Below are positions 60,257 through 64,000 of a DNA stretch of 64,000 nucleotides, piece by piece. A program made the translations under genes and the position numbers. This DNA comes from Centroscyllium fabricii. Taxonomy: Eukaryota. Each line of letters starts with the position of its first letter. The stretch's first letter is position 1. The notes under the pieces were generated by a model that saw only the letters and a program-made list of their open reading frames with translations, was not told where the DNA came from and ran no database searches. The stretch spans positions 9,982,001 to 10,046,000 of the forward strand of contig JBNRSN020000028.1 of NCBI GenBank assembly GCA_051313645.2, in the 5' to 3' direction.

Positions 60257-60832
60257 GTAGGTATTCATTAATAACGATAGACTGTTTATTTACTTACATA
60301 TATATGTGTGTGTTCTCTGCACTGCCCCGAATGTATCAAATCATTTCTCTATATGTTCAATTAATCCTGAATATTGGAACAATTATGTCGCTTCCTATGG
60401 GAGTAAGCATGTGATAAATCAGTTATTTAGTGATTGTTTTATGAAGTGCAGTTAAATGTCTGTCATTATGAACCACATTAAATTAAAATGATGATCTGAA
60501 TTGAACATGATTACTTGGATCCATTTTCTTTTGGGAAAATGCTGAATAATGTTGTGTATTAAGCAGTAACAACAACTGATTTCTGCTTAAAGATATATGG
60601 TTGGTTGCCCTACATTTTAATGAACAATTAAAAGTTACTCCTGGCCTATTAACAGGTTAGAATAGTCATGCGTGCCTAATTATTCTCAATGGTCATTTTA
60701 AATGGTTTGTACAGATAGTTTCACAATAATGAGATCCAGTGATACCAAGTATTAAAATATAACAGGCAGGCAAATCAGGAGTGTATTAAAGTTAGTAGGG
60801 AGGGAGTTTTTGTTAAAGGGCGCAATGCTGTG

Positions 60833-60892
60833 TGAATGATGCAACTAACAGGCTTATCTTTGGAAAAGGGACAAAGTTAACTGTGGTTCCAA
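60833..60892 (+). CDS. TRAJ: J73, family A: NDATNRLIFGKGTKLTVVP
   Basis: 12-RSS, FGKG, GT donor. Confidence 0.92.
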
Positions 60893-61389
60893 GTAGGTAT
60901 TCATTAATAACTATAGACTGTTTATTTACTTACATATATGTGTGTGTTCTCTGCACTGCCCAGAATGTATCAAATCATTTCTCTGTATGATCAATGAATC
61001 CTGAATATTGGAACATTCTTATTGGAGTAGGGATATGCTCATTCAGCTACCATGCGTTATGGTTCTCATCAGTGCCGTTAATTGTCTGCCATTATGCACC
61101 TTCTGAACCCTAAATAATTTTTTGAATTCAACATGATTCCCTGCATCCATTTTCCTTTGGGAAAATGCCAAATAACGTGATGCAATAAGCAACAACAACA
61201 AATTGCATTATTAAACCTACTTCACACCGAGACAAATCAACAAATGTTAGGATGATTGTTCATGAGCTTGCTCCAGTGAATAGGCTTTAAGCAGCGTTGT
61301 AAATGAGGAGGGTGAGATATGGAGGTGGAGAGGTTTACGGAGAGAATGTCAGACCTCGGTGCCTCGGTAGCTGAACCAACCGACTAACA

Positions 61390-61823
61390 TTACAGTCATA
61401 GAGTTATACAACACAGAAAGAGGCCCTTCAGCCCATTGAGTCCGCGCCGGCCACCAGGCCCTGTCTATTCTAATCGCATTTTCAGCATTTGGTCCGTAGC
61501 ATTGTATGCTATGGCATTGCAAGTGCTCACCTAAATGCTTCTTGAATGTTGTGAGGGTTCCTGCCTCTACCACCCTTTCAGGCAGTGAGTTCCAGATTCC
61601 AGCCACCCTCTGGGTGAAAAAGGTCTTCCTCAAATCCCCTCTAAAGCTCCTGCCCCTTACCTTGAAACTATGCCCACTTGTTATTGACCCCTCTACTAAG
61701 GGGAAAAGTTCCTTTCTATCTGCCCTATCTATGCCCCTCATTATTTTGTCCACCTCAATCAGGTCCCCCCTCAGCCTCCTCTGCTCCAAGGAAAACAACC
61801 CCAGCCGGTCCAGTCTTTCTTAT
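61390..61823 (-). mobile_element. CR1 LINE 3' fragment
   Basis: FSLEQRRLRGDLIEV..FFTQRVAGIWNSLP. Confidence 0.92.
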
Positions 61824-62259
61824 TAGGAGAGAAAAGAGTGAGAAATCATAACTTGGCTCAATTGCTGCCAGCCCATCGTCTGTGTTGGGAAATTATGAAA
61901 TGCGTCCACACTCTCGAGATCAAACATAGAATCCAAGATGATAACTCAGGGAAGTACTGAGGGAGGGTTCCAATTTCAGAGGTAATTGAAAAGTTACTGG
62001 AGGATTCTGATGAACTGACATATAAATGGTAGCCCAACATTTTTAATGAACAATTAGTAAGTTATTCCTGAGATATTAAGAGGCTTAAAAAGTCATGTGT
62101 GCCTCATACTTATCAATGGTCATTTTATATAGTCTGTAAATATCGTTTCACAATAATGAGATTCAGTGATACCAAGTATTCAAATATAACAGGCAGACAA
62201 AGCAGGAAAGTATTAAAGATAGCCTGGAGGGAGTTTTTGTTAAAGGGCGCAATGCTGTG

Positions 62260-62319
62260 TGAATGATGCAACTAGCAGGCTTATCTTTGGAAAAGGGACA
62301 AAGTTAACTGTGGTTCCAA
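62260..62319 (+). CDS. TRAJ: J74, family A: NDATSRLIFGKGTKLTVVP
   Basis: 12-RSS, FGKG, GT donor. Confidence 0.92.
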
Positions 62320-62814
62320 GTAGGTATTCATTAATAACTATAGACTGTTTATTTACTTACATATATGTGTGTGTTCTCTGCACTGCCCAGAATGTATCAA
62401 ATCATTTCTCTGTATGATCAATTAATCCTGAATATTGGAACATTCTTATTGGAGTAGGGATATGCTCATTTAGCTACCATGCGTTATGGTTCTCATCAGT
62501 GCCGTTAATTGTCTGCCATTATGCACCTTCTTAACCGTAAATAATTTTCTGAATTCAACATGATTCCCTGCATCCATTTTCCTTTGGGAAAATACCAAAT
62601 AACGTGATGCAATAAGCAACAACAACAAATTGCATTATCAAACATACTTCACACCGAGACAAATCAACAAATGTTAGGATGATTGTTCATGAGCTTGCTC
62701 CAGTGAATAGGCTTTAAGCAACGTTATAAATGAGGAGAGTGAGATATGGAGGTGGAGAGGGTTAGGGAGAGAATGTCAGACCTCGGTGCCTCGGTAGCCG
62801 AACCAACCGACGGA

Positions 62815-63249
62815 CATTACAGTCATAGAGTTATACAGCACAGAAAGAGGCCCTTCAGCCCATTGCGCCCACGCCGGCCACCAAGCCCTGTCTATTCTAA
62901 TGCCATTTTCAGCATTTGGTCTGTAGCATTGTATGCTATGCATTTCAAGTGCTCATCTAAATGCTTCTTGAATGTTTTTAGGGTTCCTGGCTTCACCACC
63001 GTTTCAGGCAGTGAGTTCCAGATTCCAACCACCCTCTGGGTGAAAAAGTTCTTCCTCAAAACTCCTCTAAAGCTCCTGCCGCTTACCTTGAAACTATGCC
63101 CCCTTGTTATTGACCCCTCTACTAAGGGGAAACGTTCCTTTATATCTACCCTATCTATGCCCCTCATAATTTTGTCCACCTCAATCTGGTCCCCCCTCAG
63201 CCTTCTCTGCTCCAAGGAAAACAACCCCAGCCTGTCCAGCCTTTCTTAT
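62815..63249 (-). mobile_element. CR1 LINE 3' fragment, co-duplicated with the J73/J74 unit
   Basis: Same boundaries and flanks as 61390-61823. Confidence 0.92.
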
Positions 63250-63685
63250 TAAGAGAGAAAAGTGTCAGAAATCATAACTTGGCTCAATTGCTGCCAGCCC
63301 ATCGTCTGTGTTGGGAAATTATGAAATGTGTCCACACTCTCGAGATCAAACATAGAATCCAAGATGATAATTCAGGGAAGTACTGAGGAAGGGTTCCAAT
63401 TTCAGAGGTAATTGGAAAGTTACTGGAGGGTTCTGATGAACTGACATATAAATGGTAGCCCAACATTTTTAATGAACAACTAGTAAGTTATTCCTGGGCT
63501 ATTAACAGGCTTCAAAAGTCATGTGTGCCTAATAATTATCAATGATCATTTAAAATGGTTTTTACAGATAGTTACACAATAATGAGATTGAGTGATACCA
63601 AGTATTCAAATACAACCGCCAGACAGAGCAGGAAAGTATTAAAGATAGCCTGGAGGGAGTTTTTGTTAAAGGGTGCAGGGCTGTG

Positions 63686-63745
63686 TGAATGTTGGAACTA
63701 ACAAGCTTATCTTTGGAAAAGGGACAAAGTTAACTGTGGAGCCAA
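63686..63745 (+). CDS. TRAJ: J75, family A: NVGTNKLIFGKGTKLTVEP
   Basis: 12-RSS (ggctgtg), FGKG, GT donor. Confidence 0.92.
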
Positions 63746-63851
63746 GTAGGTATTCATTAATAACTATGCACTGTTTATTTACTTACATATATGTGTGTGT
63801 TCTCTGCACTGCCTACAATGTATGAAATAATTTCTCTATATGATCAATTAA

Positions 63852-64000
63852 GATTCAACGAGGAAGATTCAGAAGGGATGGCAGGGGCAAGTTCTTTGCA
63901 CAGAGAGTGGTCGGGGAGTGGAATAGGCTACCATCTGAAATAGTGGATGCGGACAGTCTGGGAGCTTTTAAAAGGATGATAGATAGGTACATGGAGGGGA
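63852..64000 (+). mobile_element. CR1 LINE fragment running off the window end
   Basis: Near-identical to the reverse complement of about 15506-15654. Confidence 0.88.

Larger units (their letters stand above)
633..63745 (+). other. TRAJ: T-cell receptor alpha J-segment (TRAJ) cluster, 75 segments; probably continues beyond both window ends
   Basis: Repeated nonamer(a/g-GTTTTTG-t/c) + 12 bp + heptamer(tgCTGTG) + 56-66 nt FGxG segment + A|GTA(A/G)G donor. Many J in one orientation, with no D, V or C, matches TRA organisation. Confidence 0.92.

Noticed and set aside
185-63466. ORFs in the six-frame track as standalone genes
   Set aside because: They are SINE read-throughs, LINE fragments, or J segments read past their splice donors; none looks like an independent gene
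633-63745. CRISPR-like or diversity-cassette system (conserved repeats with short variable cores)
   Set aside because: RSS geometry, FGxG frames and splice donors fully explain the pattern; the context is vertebrate and has no cas or dedicated RT gene
633-63745. Immunoglobulin, TCR beta, delta or gamma J cluster
   Set aside because: IgH J has WGxG with a 23-RSS; shark Ig genes are small V-(D)-J-C clusters; the other TCR loci have far fewer J close to D or C. Without the C exon, TRA remains an inference
1-64000. V, D or C exons, germline-joined VJ, or RSS signal joints
   Set aside because: No Ig-domain exon, 23-RSS or head-to-head heptamer junction was noticed by eye; a motif scan would be needed to exclude them fully

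Overview
Eukaryotic (not microbial) DNA, most likely from a cartilaginous fish, inferred from HE1-like SINEs and CR1/HER1-like LINE tails. The whole window is an antigen-receptor joining-segment array, best read as the T-cell receptor alpha J (TRAJ) cluster. I count 75 J segments by eye, all on the + strand. Each has a 12-bp-spacer RSS upstream, an FGxG motif and a phase-1 GT splice donor, with the exceptions noted per segment. No V, D or C exon was seen. The J segments fall into three families: A (FGKGTxLTVEP, 45 copies), B (FGSGTKLMVQP, 16) and C (FGSGTRLNVIP, 14). From 0.6 to 43.1 kb they form 16 tandem A(1-3)-B-C cassettes, followed by 19 A-only units. Nine B segments are chimeras: an A-type RSS and 5' end sit behind a dead B-type RSS. 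Near-identical duplicates differ mainly at CDR3-encoding codons. The spacers carry co-amplified fossil CR1 and SINE pieces, plus younger insertions: HE1-like SINEs, CR1 and Rex1/Babar fragments, two different 5S-derived SINE-like elements, and Penelope-type inverted repeats with hammerhead-ribozyme cores. Coordinates were read manually and repeat boundaries are approximate. J numbering (J1-J75) and family letters are mine.
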